Assembly (NCBI GenBank): GCA_041571435.1
Contig: JBFFUI010000039.1
Span: 1-20,063 of the forward strand
Length of the DNA stretch: 20,063 nt
From: Sulfurimonadaceae bacterium
GTDB lineage: Bacteria > Campylobacterota > Campylobacteria > Campylobacterales > Sulfurimonadaceae
Reading direction: 5' to 3'
The notes beneath the pieces were generated by a model. It was not told the origin of the DNA. It saw only the letters and a program-made list of their open reading frames with translations, and ran no database searches. The position numbers and the translations under genes were made by a program. Position 1 is the first letter of the stretch, and each line of letters starts with the position of its first letter. Of this stretch, positions 7,531 to 16,426 are shown piece by piece.

Positions 7531-7539
7531 ATTATAGCA
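7531..7539 (-). promoter_or_regulatory. Extended -10 promoter for the DUF234 gene
   Basis: Perfect TG-C-TATAAT on the minus strand, just downstream of the dinB stop. Confidence 0.65.
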
Positions 7540-7544
7540 AAAGA

Positions 7545-8819
7545 CTAAAGCTCTCCACCCCACTGCAGGGTGTCTAAACCATATTTTTCACGCAGGGACG
7601 AGGTGCTCTGTGTCAGTTTGTGGCGTTTGGTGTCCTCTTCGTACTCCAGCAGTGAAAAGGTGTGGTGGTTGCTCTGCGTGAAAGCAGAACAGGAGAGCCC
7701 GATCCGGATGGCTTTGAGATGGGTATGGACGTCCGCTTTTTGAAAAAGCTCCAGAAGCGTTGTGCGTAAAAAGGCTTCACTGTAAAGACGGTTGACCGTC
7801 AATGCCGTGTGACTTTTCTGGTTCATTTCGTACCGTATAGAGAGACTGTAGTGGGTTGGGTGCTTTTTCATCCGGACAAGGGCATGCGAGAGATGGCGGG
7901 AGAGGATAATGACGCGCCGTTTGAGTTCTCTTCGGTCTATTTCCGGATCAAAGGTACGCGAGATACCGATGGATTTGCGTTCACGCTCTTGCTGCAGCGG
8001 TGTTCTATCGATGCCGCAGACCCGTTCATAAAGGTCTCTCTGCGACTTGGTCGAGTGTAAAAAGATCTGGGGATGGCGCTGTATCTCGCCCAAGGTACTC
8101 AGTCCGCGAGCCAGCAGTTTGGCCTCTGTCCGGCGGCCGATGCCGGGAAAATCTTTAAGAGGTTTCTCTTTTATGAAGGCATCGACTTCATGCGGATAGA
8201 CAACCAATGTGCCGAAGGGTTTGGCAACGTTGGTGGCCATCTTCGCAGTGAACTTGGAGTAGGCGGCACCGATCGAGAGCGGCAACTGCAGCACCTCCAT
8301 CGCTTCATTCTTGAGATCTTCTATAAATCTCGGAACGTCTTTGTCATCCACCCAGCCGTCCAGGTCCCCGTAAAACTCATCGATGCTTCCCTGTTCCGTA
8401 ACCGGGATGCGCTCCTGCAAAAAGACCTTTAATCTGTAGGAGAGCTCCTGATAGAGCCGCATGTTCGGCTGTTTGATGATGATGTCGGGACAGAGTTGCA
8501 GGGCTTCACGAATGGTACAGCCTGTTTTAATCCCGTAGGCTCTGGCCTCATATGAGGTCGTGGTCAACATACCGCGGATGCGCCCGTCGGGGTCGATAAA
8601 CTTGCTGAGGTCATTGTCTTTGGACGATTGGTGCTCAAAAAAGTAGGCCGGCACGAACGAACCGGTGTTTTTCAGGTTTAGAAACTGCCGGCTTTTGTGG
8701 TGGGAAAATATTTTGGTGTCGCCACGCCCGCCGATACCGACAGGTACTCCGATCAGGCTTTTGTCGAGGGTGCGCTCTGCTGAGACAAAGAAGCAGTCTA
8801 GATCAATGTGGATTTTCAT
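7545..8819 (-). CDS. dinB: Y-family DNA polymerase IV
   Basis: IHIDLDCFFVSAE, SYEARAYGI, SIDEFY catalytic motif, SKFTAKMATNVAKPFG, FPGIG HhH, RKSIGISRTF little-finger linker. Confidence 0.93.
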   Translation of the reverse strand: MKIHIDLDCFFVSAERTLDKSLIGVPVGIGGRGDTKIFSHHKSRQFLNLKNTGSFVPAYFFEHQSSKDNDLSKFIDPDGRIRGMLTTTSYEARAYGIKTGCTIREALQLCPDIIIKQPNMRLYQELSYRLKVFLQERIPVTEQGSIDEFYGDLDGWVDDKDVPRFIEDLKNEAMEVLQLPLSIGAAYSKFTAKMATNVAKPFGTLVVYPHEVDAFIKEKPLKDFPGIGRRTEAKLLARGLSTLGEIQRHPQIFLHSTKSQRDLYERVCGIDRTPLQQERERKSIGISRTFDPEIDRRELKRRVIILSRHLSHALVRMKKHPTHYSLSIRYEMNQKSHTALTVNRLYSEAFLRTTLLELFQKADVHTHLKAIRIGLSCSAFTQSNHHTFSLLEYEEDTKRHKLTQSTSSLREKYGLDTLQWGGEL

Positions 8820-8825
8820 AGGGTT

Positions 8826-8834
8826 AGAATAGCA
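8826..8834 (-). promoter_or_regulatory. Extended -10 directly before the dinB start (leaderless transcript candidate)
   Basis: Minus strand TG-C-TATTCT-aaccct-ATG; no SD. Confidence 0.5.
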
Positions 8835-9038
8835 TTTTCGGTGGGTCTTTGGCGAAATGATGGCAGGATGACATAGGCCTGTTCTTTACTTTCGAAAAAA
8901 AGTAATAAAAACGTTCAGTCCCCATGGCATGAGGAAAGGCGATACGCCCTCTCTAACGTGTAAAATTTTTTGCGGGCAAGCATAACTGCTAATAAATAAG
9001 AGGTAAATGAAGTTTCTAAGTGATTCGTTTGGGCAACT

Positions 9039-9047
9039 TGCTACAAT
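9039..9047 (+). promoter_or_regulatory. Extended -10 promoter for the aldo/keto reductase operon
   Basis: TG-C-TACAAT about 90 nt upstream of the ATG at 9136. Confidence 0.6.
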
Positions 9048-9060
9048 TAGGGTTCTAATA

Positions 9061-9120
9061 CCCCGCCGGCTGACCACATGACGATCGTACGTAATGCTGT
9101 GTTTAATCGACGGAGCAACA
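9061..9120 (+). ncRNA. Structured 5' leader; cis-regulatory RNA candidate
   Basis: GC-richer than its flanks. Outer stem CCGCCGG/TCGACGG (one mismatch, one G-U) encloses the inner stem CAT-g-ACG[atcgta]CGT-a-ATG. Lies between the promoter and the start codon. Confidence 0.4.
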
Positions 9121-9135
9121 TATGGATGGTGAAAT

Positions 9136-10155
9136 ATGGAATATCGTTATATCGGCCGGTCGGGACTGAGAGTGAGTCCGATCTGTATGGGGACGATGAC
9201 CTTCGGGACACAGGTGCCGGATGAGAAGACGGCGTTTTCCATTATGGACAAAGCCTATGATGCCGGGGTCAACTTTTACGACACGGCAGAACTTTACCCG
9301 GTGCCACCGCAGGCAAAACTGGCTGGGATCACCGAAGAGATCGTTGGCAGATGGCTAAAGACAAAACCGCGTGAAAGTGTCATTTTGGCAAGCAAGGTAG
9401 CCGGAGCCGCATCGGGCTGGTTCGTACCGCCAATCCGCCACGGCCTGACGGCGATCGACCGTTTTCATATCGAGCGGGCGGTTGAGGGGTCGCTGAAACG
9501 ACTGCAGACTGACTACATCGACCTTTACCAGATGCATTGGCCCGATACGGTCGTGCCGATCGAGGAGTCCATGGAGGCCTTTGACAGACTGGTAGAGAGC
9601 GGAAAGGTGCGTTATATCGGCACCTCCAATGATACGGCCTACGGCACGATGAAAGCGCTGAGTGTTTCCAAGTATGAAAAGCTGGCACGGTTCGAGTCGA
9701 TCCAGAACAACTTCTCGCTGTTGAACCGCCGTTTTCTGGATGAGCTCTCAACGCTTGCCAAAAACGAGAAAATCTCGCTGCTGCCGTATTCGCCGTTAGC
9801 CGGCGGTGTACTGAGCGGCAAATACAACCAAAACCCCGAGGCTAAAGGGCGTTTCAGTGATTACATGCACTCATCAAACCCCCGACAGCGCCAGATGGCA
9901 GCGCGTTTTATGAACGACCGGACACTGGCTTCGACACAGGAGTATATCCGGATCGCCCATGAAGCGGGTCTGGACCCGGTGACGCTGGCAACCGCATGGA
10001 GTAAACAGTTTGACTTTGTGGCATCGACGATCATCGGGGCTACGTCAACGGATCAACTTGATGCCACACTGGCGGCCATGGATCTGACTTTGAGCGATGA
10101 GATTCTAAAGGAGTGTGACGCGGTCCATGCGAAGATTTTATACCCTATGGGCTAG
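9136..10155 (+). CDS. Aldo/keto reductase, Tas-like
   Basis: GRSGLRVSPICMGTMTFG, NFYDTAELY, LASKV, SLKRLQTDYIDLYQMHWP, GKVRYIGTSN, YSPLAGGVLSGKY. Confidence 0.93.
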   Translation: MEYRYIGRSGLRVSPICMGTMTFGTQVPDEKTAFSIMDKAYDAGVNFYDTAELYPVPPQAKLAGITEEIVGRWLKTKPRESVILASKVAGAASGWFVPPIRHGLTAIDRFHIERAVEGSLKRLQTDYIDLYQMHWPDTVVPIEESMEAFDRLVESGKVRYIGTSNDTAYGTMKALSVSKYEKLARFESIQNNFSLLNRRFLDELSTLAKNEKISLLPYSPLAGGVLSGKYNQNPEAKGRFSDYMHSSNPRQRQMAARFMNDRTLASTQEYIRIAHEAGLDPVTLATAWSKQFDFVASTIIGATSTDQLDATLAAMDLTLSDEILKECDAVHAKILYPMG

Positions 10156-10618
10156 TGTGCTGATCCTGCTGCTTGGTGGATGTACAGCTAAACCCTATGT
10201 GAAGAGCAGTGCCGCCACGGTTGTTTTGAAGTCATCCAAGCTGAAGTTCGCGGACACCGGGTACATACGGAGTAATGAGGACCTTGTCGGACTCGAACTT
10301 TTTTCAGCGGGGCAAGCCGTGGCAAAGATCGAGGTTGAAAACATGATCTGTGTCGCGGGGGAAGGGTGCATGCGCAAAAGCACGTTCAATGCCGAGTATC
10401 TGAGCAGCAAATATCCGGACACATTGCTGGAGAATATCTTGCGCAGCAGACCTATCTATGGCGGATTGAATCTTGTCGAGAATGATGAAGGCTTTGAACA
10501 GAGGATCACCGGTAAGGGGGTCGATATCCGCTACACGACCAAGCCGAGATCAATCTATTTTAAAGACCATCTAAACGGTGTATTGATAAAAATTAAAAAA
10601 GAAGAGGAACAAAATTGA
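10127..10618 (+). CDS. Hypothetical lipoprotein
   Basis: [19 protein letters not shown] lipobox; overlaps the 3' end of the reductase and the nfo start. Start could be 10115 (GTG). Confidence 0.75.
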   Translation: MRRFYTLWASVLILLLGGCTAKPYVKSSAATVVLKSSKLKFADTGYIRSNEDLVGLELFSAGQAVAKIEVENMICVAGEGCMRKSTFNAEYLSSKYPDTLLENILRSRPIYGGLNLVENDEGFEQRITGKGVDIRYTTKPRSIYFKDHLNGVLIKIKKEEEQN

Positions 10619-11469
10619 GTAATAAATTTGTTGGAGCACACACATCAGCAGCGGGTGGCGTCTTTAATGCCCCGTTGAATGCTATGGAGATCGGTGCAAA
10701 CGCTTTTGCCCTGTTTACTAAAAACCAGCGTCAATGGGCAGCCAAACCGCTTGACACAAAGACGATCGATCAGTTTAAAGAGAACCTCGAACGCAGCGGG
10801 GTCCTCCCTAAACATGTCTTGCCGCATGATTCGTACCTGATCAATCTTGGTCATCCTGAAGTCGAGAAACGCGAAAAGTCGTTCAACGCCTTTGTCGATG
10901 AGGTGGAGCGCTGCATGCTGCTGGGCCTTGACCGGCTGAACTTTCACCCCGGCTCCCATCTGCGAAAGATGGAAGAGGATGCGTGTCTGGACGCCATTGC
11001 GGAGAACATGAACCGTACGCTTGATAGGACGTCAGGCGTCAGCCTGGTCCTTGAAAATACAGCGGGACAGGGGAGCAACCTCGGCTGGAAATTCGAGCAC
11101 CTTGCCCACATTATTGACAAGATCGAAGACAAGAGCCGTGTCGGGGTCTGCATCGACACATGTCATATGTTTACGGCGGGTTATGACATCAGAACCAAAA
11201 ATGTCTATGATGCGACCTGGGCTGAGTTTGACAAGGTGATCGGCTTTAAATACCTTATGGGGATGCATATCAATGACTCAAAACCGGAGCTCGGCTCCCA
11301 TGTAGACCGACATGACAGCATCGGTAAAGGCAAGATTGGTCTGGATGCTTTCGGATTCATCATGAATGATGAACGAATGGATGATATCCCCCTGATTCTG
11401 GAGACGATAGACGAGACGATCTGGAAAGAGGAGATCGAACTGCTCTACTCGCTGGAAGAAAAAGCATAG
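10615..11469 (+). CDS. nfo: Endonuclease IV (AP endonuclease)
   Basis: [56 protein letters not shown] zinc-ligand motifs; TTG start overlapping the upstream stop. Confidence 0.97.
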   Translation: MSNKFVGAHTSAAGGVFNAPLNAMEIGANAFALFTKNQRQWAAKPLDTKTIDQFKENLERSGVLPKHVLPHDSYLINLGHPEVEKREKSFNAFVDEVERCMLLGLDRLNFHPGSHLRKMEEDACLDAIAENMNRTLDRTSGVSLVLENTAGQGSNLGWKFEHLAHIIDKIEDKSRVGVCIDTCHMFTAGYDIRTKNVYDATWAEFDKVIGFKYLMGMHINDSKPELGSHVDRHDSIGKGKIGLDAFGFIMNDERMDDIPLILETIDETIWKEEIELLYSLEEKA

Positions 11470-11486
11470 CGCAATTGCTACAAAAC

Positions 11487-11515
11487 AGGGTTGTTTTTCG
11501 TTGAAAAATAACCCT
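11487..11515. terminator. Hairpin after nfo
   Basis: AGGGTTGTTTTTC-gtt-GAAAAATAACCCT, 13-bp stem with one G-T. Confidence 0.5.
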
Positions 11516-11616
11516 ATTAAAGAAAGTTATAAAATAACTATGGCAGAATGGGGTGAATTCGTTCAATACTGCCTTTGATAGCTTCAAACAGCAGTGTCCG
11601 AGCATCAGGAGAATAA

Positions 11617-12849
11617 ATGAAAAAACTACTACTCGTCTCTGCGGTTGCAGCCAGTACATTGATCGCTTCAGGGTACAAGATCCCAGAACAGTCCCTTAAC
11701 TCTACAGCACTTTCGGGTGCCTATGTCTCAAATGCATCGACTGCCGATGCGGCGTATTATAACCCTGCGAACATGGCGTTTATGAGTTCAGACAGACACC
11801 TTGAACTCAATGCGATGTATATCCATCTTAACCCGGTAGAGTTCAGCGGGGACCTTACAGGACCTTACGGCCCGGGCGGGTCAATCATCACTGTTCCTTC
11901 CCAATCAGAAAGTGCATCAGAGGATTTTATTATCCCCCAGATCTATCTTGTATCAAAGCCGATGGGCGAGAGTGAAGATGTCCGTATTGGCCTCTCTATC
12001 AATGCGCCTGCCGGACTTTCCAAGCGCTGGACTGAAGGGCTTGAATCAATGATGGCTGAAGAGTTCACCCTCAAAGTCATTGAGACGAACCCTACCATTT
12101 CTTACAGAATCTTGGACAACCTTGCCGTTGCTGCCGGTGTCCGTTTCGTCTATTCTGAAGGTATTGTCAAAGCCGGCGGTCCTGGTGCACTTGATCTGCA
12201 GGGAAGCAGCTGGGATGTTGGGTACAACCTGGCCCTCGCGTACAAGCCTTTTGATATATTGGGCATGGCGTTTACCTACCGTTCTAACATTGATCTTACG
12301 GAAGAAGGCGGTCAATCGTCCTACCTTCCTGCTCCATGGCCGTCAGCTTTTCCAGCATCAGTAACGGTACCGCTTCCGGCAACGCTTACCGTAGCTACCG
12401 ATGTCGATGTGACTGAAAGCACGAACATAGAGTTCGTCTATGAAAGAACGTTCTGGTCAGCATATGATGAGTTACATATTCAAGTACCGATGTGGGGTGC
12501 AATGTCTCCTCAGCCAATGCCTAAAAACTGGGTGGACACCAATACCTACCGTCTCGGTCTGACACAAGGTTTCGGTGATTCACTGGACGTGATGGTGGGT
12601 GTCGCTTATGATGAGACACCGGTACCGGATGAGACACTAGGTTTTGAACTGCCAGACAGCAATGCGCTTATCGGTTCCATCGGTGCGCGTTATGCAGTGA
12701 ACGAAGAGTTTGACATCGGTGCGGCTGTTCTTTATGATACAAAAGAGGATAGATTCGTGTCACGTGACGTCAATCAAAACGGTATCGACGGTACATTCTC
12801 CGGTGCCAGTGCCCTTATGGTCAGTGTCGGTCTGGGCTACAAGTTCTAA
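11617..12849 (+). CDS. fadL: Long-chain fatty acid outer-membrane transporter (FadL/OmpP1/TodX family)
   Basis: Signal peptide; SGYKIPEQS hatch; AAYYNPANM; GVAYDETPVP...FELPDSN; C-terminal YKF; next to an acyl-CoA ligase. Confidence 0.9.
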   Translation: MKKLLLVSAVAASTLIASGYKIPEQSLNSTALSGAYVSNASTADAAYYNPANMAFMSSDRHLELNAMYIHLNPVEFSGDLTGPYGPGGSIITVPSQSESASEDFIIPQIYLVSKPMGESEDVRIGLSINAPAGLSKRWTEGLESMMAEEFTLKVIETNPTISYRILDNLAVAAGVRFVYSEGIVKAGGPGALDLQGSSWDVGYNLALAYKPFDILGMAFTYRSNIDLTEEGGQSSYLPAPWPSAFPASVTVPLPATLTVATDVDVTESTNIEFVYERTFWSAYDELHIQVPMWGAMSPQPMPKNWVDTNTYRLGLTQGFGDSLDVMVGVAYDETPVPDETLGFELPDSNALIGSIGARYAVNEEFDIGAAVLYDTKEDRFVSRDVNQNGIDGTFSGASALMVSVGLGYKF

Positions 12850-12859
12850 ACCGTTTTAA

Positions 12860-12887
12860 GAGACTGCCTTCTACAGGGGGCAGTCTC
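12860..12887 (+). terminator. Strong stem-loop between fadL and fadD
   Basis: GAGACTGCCTTC-taca-GGGGGCAGTCTC; no poly-U tail, so it may stabilise mRNA rather than terminate. Confidence 0.55.
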
Positions 12888-12979
12888 CGCAATACAACTC
12901 CCCTTTTACTTACAACATGTCTATCCCTTAATCATAGATACAATAAAATTAATGCATGAAAGCCTTTCAAAGGAACGCA

Positions 12980-14536
12980 ATGTCCCTCTCTTATCCATAC
13001 CAGAACTTCTATGACATGCTTGAAGCAGCGGCATCTGCAACACCGAACAAGACCGTCATTTTCATTGATGAGCGCAAGGTGAGTTACAGAGCATTTTTAC
13101 AAAAGGTCGATGCCTTTGCCCGTTTTTTGGAGATCGCCGGTGTCGGGGTTGGCGACAGGATCGCGTTGATCGCACCGAACTCGGAAGAGTTCGTCATCGC
13201 CGTCTATGCCGTGACCAAGATCGGAGCGGTGCTTGTGCCGGTGAACACAATGTTGAAAGCGAATGAGTACGAATACATTCTCAACGATTGTGAGGCGAAA
13301 CTGCTCATTACGTCCCAGCAGTATTTGAAAGAGGTCGAGACGCTTACGAAGACGACAACAGTGGAGAAGGTGGTCTGGACGGATGAAGCACCGCTGCTGG
13401 ATGGCAATAATATCGTGTTTGATGAGATCTTGGAGACGCACCGACATGGGCAAGAGAGCAGGGGGCTCTCCAAGCTGGATGATATGGCCATCATCTTCTA
13501 CACCTCGGGTACGACGGGGCATCCTAAAGGTGCAATGATGAGCTATCGCAACCTGTTTTCAAATCTGATCGCCGGTTCCGAACGTTTTGACGTCACGCAT
13601 AAAGATCGCTTTATTGTCTATCTGCCGATGTTCCATGCCTTTACCTTCACGGTGCTGCTGTTGATCCCTTTGTATAACAAGGGTTCGTTCGTCATCATAC
13701 CGAAACTGCTGCCTTTCAGCAACATCATCAAGCAGACGCTGCTTAAGAGAGTGACGGTGTTTTTAGGTGTACCTGATGTCTATAACGCGTTGATCAAAGC
13801 AAAACTCCCGTGGTACTTTATGTGGTTCAACCGTATACGCGTTTTTATCTCGGGTGCCTCTGCACTGAGCGAAGAGACCCTGAACAAGTTCAACGATAAA
13901 TTCAAACGTGCCACGATGCTGGAGGGCTACGGACTGAGCGAATGTTCGCCGGTTGTTTCGGTCAACCCCATGGAGAAGCAAAAACCGATGTCGATAGGGC
14001 TGGCACTTCGGACCTATGAGGTTAAGATCGTGGATGACGAGATGCTGGAGGTGCCGTTGGGTCAGATTGGTGAGATTATCGTCAAAGGCGACAATGTGAT
14101 GATGGGCTATCTCAACCGCCCGGAAGCAACGGAAGATACCATTATCAACGGCTGGCTTCGTACCGGCGATCTTGGCAAGATGGACAGCGAAGGGTACATC
14201 TTCATCGTTGACAGGATGAAAGACCTGATCATCTCCAAAGGGATCAACATCTACCCCCGTCAGATCGAAGAGGAGCTGATGAAGCTCTCGTACATCAGAC
14301 AGGGCGCCGTGATCGGGGTGAAAGACCCGCACAGCGGTGAAGTCCCTGTTGCTTATGTCGAACTGGAAGATGAGGCGGACAGGGAGAGTGTAACTGCCAA
14401 CAGGATAAAAACAGATCTCAAGAGGGTACTGGCGAACTTTAAAGTACCAAAAAGTGTCGTGATCGTGGATGAACTGCCAAAAACCGCGACCGGCAAGGTG
14501 CTTAAACGCAAGATTAAAGAGATGCACGTTAGGTAG
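12980..14536 (+). CDS. fadD: Long-chain fatty acid--CoA ligase
   Basis: YTSGTTGHPKG AMP-binding motif, EGYGLSE, GWLRTGDLG, IVDRMKDLII, PKTATGKV. Start placed at ATG 12980 behind SD AAGGA. Confidence 0.9.
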   Translation: MSLSYPYQNFYDMLEAAASATPNKTVIFIDERKVSYRAFLQKVDAFARFLEIAGVGVGDRIALIAPNSEEFVIAVYAVTKIGAVLVPVNTMLKANEYEYILNDCEAKLLITSQQYLKEVETLTKTTTVEKVVWTDEAPLLDGNNIVFDEILETHRHGQESRGLSKLDDMAIIFYTSGTTGHPKGAMMSYRNLFSNLIAGSERFDVTHKDRFIVYLPMFHAFTFTVLLLIPLYNKGSFVIIPKLLPFSNIIKQTLLKRVTVFLGVPDVYNALIKAKLPWYFMWFNRIRVFISGASALSEETLNKFNDKFKRATMLEGYGLSECSPVVSVNPMEKQKPMSIGLALRTYEVKIVDDEMLEVPLGQIGEIIVKGDNVMMGYLNRPEATEDTIINGWLRTGDLGKMDSEGYIFIVDRMKDLIISKGINIYPRQIEEELMKLSYIRQGAVIGVKDPHSGEVPVAYVELEDEADRESVTANRIKTDLKRVLANFKVPKSVVIVDELPKTATGKVLKRKIKEMHVR

Positions 14537-14645
14537 AAGCCGACAGCGAACTGAATCCGTCAACATAAAGGTGGAACGCCGAACCTTTATCCAAGCGCAT
14601 GTAACGCGCGCTTATTTTCTCTCAAATATTAGAAAACATAGAAAT

Positions 14646-14654
14646 TGCTATAAT
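14646..14654 (+). promoter_or_regulatory. Extended -10 promoter for the AAA+ ATPase
   Basis: Perfect TG-C-TATAAT; SD-like AGAGGT at 14675-14680. Confidence 0.65.
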
Positions 14655-14684
14655 TCGACTATAAAATATAATATAGAGGTATTT

Positions 14685-16418
14685 TTGAAATATTTAATCG
14701 ATTTTTTAGAAGCAAAAGATGTGACTAAGACAGAGGTCTATGATCAGCTTAAGTGTACAGAGGATGAGGCAAAAGTGCTGCAGCTTCTCTCCCAACGCTA
14801 TATCGCAGGCAATGAAGACATGCTGGTGGTCGATATACTGCAGTCACTGTACGGTGAAAAAGACTACACCTATATCCAGCATCTGGGTCTGATCAAGACA
14901 CTGCTCGAGCTGGGCTGGATCATCCAGCACAGTTTTACACCGCTCAAGATCAACGACGTCACACAACTGGAGCTGTTGAACACCGCAGTGGCATTGACGA
15001 CATCGTTCCTTCGCCTTCTGGAGGAGGGCTCGTTCGAGTTGGAATTGCCGGACATCAAGCCCTATGAAGACCATCTTGAGTATCTGCAGGACCAGTTCTT
15101 CCGTATTGAACTCTATCAGAAGATGAGTACGATCCGTCAAAATGTGCACGAACACTCCTTAGGGATCAACCGTGTCCGTTCCAAACTGGAGCTGCTTGAA
15201 AAACGGATCGAAGAGCGTGTGGCACAGACGACGAAAGATGTGGTTCTGGACAAATTCTTCAAACAGAAAAAATTGGATGCCAAAGAGCAGGTCATCTTCT
15301 TGGCACTGTTGAAAGAGGAGTACAATGCCGGTGACTCTTCGCTACGTGAGATGAACACGTTAATCGATCTTATATCGCTGGATGAGTATGACCGTATCAA
15401 GAACCGTTCACTTCTTGAAGACGGTTCGACGCTATTAACCGGAGAGCTCATCGATTATGAGGAGATGTTGAACCCTTTTGGCGGGATCTCACGTGCCTTT
15501 TACCTGGTCGAAGACGTGGTACAGTCTATCATGCACCCGCAGAAAAAGAAGAAAGTGCACAAGCTCAAGATGGATATGGCCATCAAAGATCAGGATATCT
15601 TTGAACTCATCGATCCCGAGCAGAACCTGGACGATGTCGTCTTAAACCCTAAAACACAGGAGACCCTCGAAAACCTGATGCGCCAGATGGACAAAGAGGT
15701 TGTCGCACGTCTTGTAGAGTGGGGCATCAAGAAGAAAAAAGGGGCATTGGACGCACGGATCATCTTTTACGGCCCTCCGGGAACAGGAAAGACAATGACA
15801 TCCTATGCACTTGCGAAGTCTCTTAAGCGGCAAGTCCTCGCTTTTGACTGTTCCAAGATCCTCTCCATGTATGTCGGTGAAAGCGAGAAAAACGTACGCA
15901 AGATCTTTGACACCTTTAAAGATCTGAGTTCGAAAACGAAAACAGAACCGATTCTTCTGCTGAATGAAGCGGACCAGTTCTTAGGTTCACGCTCGAGCGG
16001 CCCGGGCGGCGGTGCAGAGCAGATGCATAACCAGATGCAGAACATTTTTCTGGAACAGATCGAGCAATTTGAAGGGATCTTGATCGCAACGACGAACCTG
16101 CTTGAAAATATCGATGTCGCCTTCTCCCGACGATTTAACTATAAAATCGAGTTCAAACGTCCGAACAAGGCACAGCGAACAAAACTCTGGAGTATGATGT
16201 TGCCTGAAAATGCCCCGTATGAAGAGGGCTTTGACATAGAAGAGCTGACAAAGTACGACCTGAGCGGCGGGCAGATTAACCTGATAGTCAAAAACTGTGC
16301 GTATGCTGTTGCGACACAAAAAGAGCCGCTCTTTACGATGGATATCTTCAAACAGGAGATTGAAAAAGAGAAAAAAGGGAACTTTGACAGCGAAAAGTCA
16401 ATGGGGTTCCTCTCCTAA
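14685..16418 (+). CDS. AAA+ family ATPase
   Basis: Walker A GPPGTGKT, pore loop SMYVGESEKN, variant Walker B LLLNEAD, ATTN sensor I, AFSRRF arginine fingers. TTG start at 14685 chosen from the promoter and SD. Confidence 0.9.
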   Translation: MKYLIDFLEAKDVTKTEVYDQLKCTEDEAKVLQLLSQRYIAGNEDMLVVDILQSLYGEKDYTYIQHLGLIKTLLELGWIIQHSFTPLKINDVTQLELLNTAVALTTSFLRLLEEGSFELELPDIKPYEDHLEYLQDQFFRIELYQKMSTIRQNVHEHSLGINRVRSKLELLEKRIEERVAQTTKDVVLDKFFKQKKLDAKEQVIFLALLKEEYNAGDSSLREMNTLIDLISLDEYDRIKNRSLLEDGSTLLTGELIDYEEMLNPFGGISRAFYLVEDVVQSIMHPQKKKKVHKLKMDMAIKDQDIFELIDPEQNLDDVVLNPKTQETLENLMRQMDKEVVARLVEWGIKKKKGALDARIIFYGPPGTGKTMTSYALAKSLKRQVLAFDCSKILSMYVGESEKNVRKIFDTFKDLSSKTKTEPILLLNEADQFLGSRSSGPGGGAEQMHNQMQNIFLEQIEQFEGILIATTNLLENIDVAFSRRFNYKIEFKRPNKAQRTKLWSMMLPENAPYEEGFDIEELTKYDLSGGQINLIVKNCAYAVATQKEPLFTMDIFKQEIEKEKKGNFDSEKSMGFLS

Positions 16419-16426
16419 AATTCCAG

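Noticed and set aside
13763-14566. 267-aa antisense ORF over fadD, and other short overlapping ORFs in the track
   Set aside because: Opposite-strand or off-frame shadows of clear genes, with no independent support.
14469-14684. 649-aa version of the AAA+ ATPase from the ORF track
   Set aside because: The extension overlaps fadD and runs through hairpins and the TGCTATAAT promoter; the SD and TTG at 14685 fit better.
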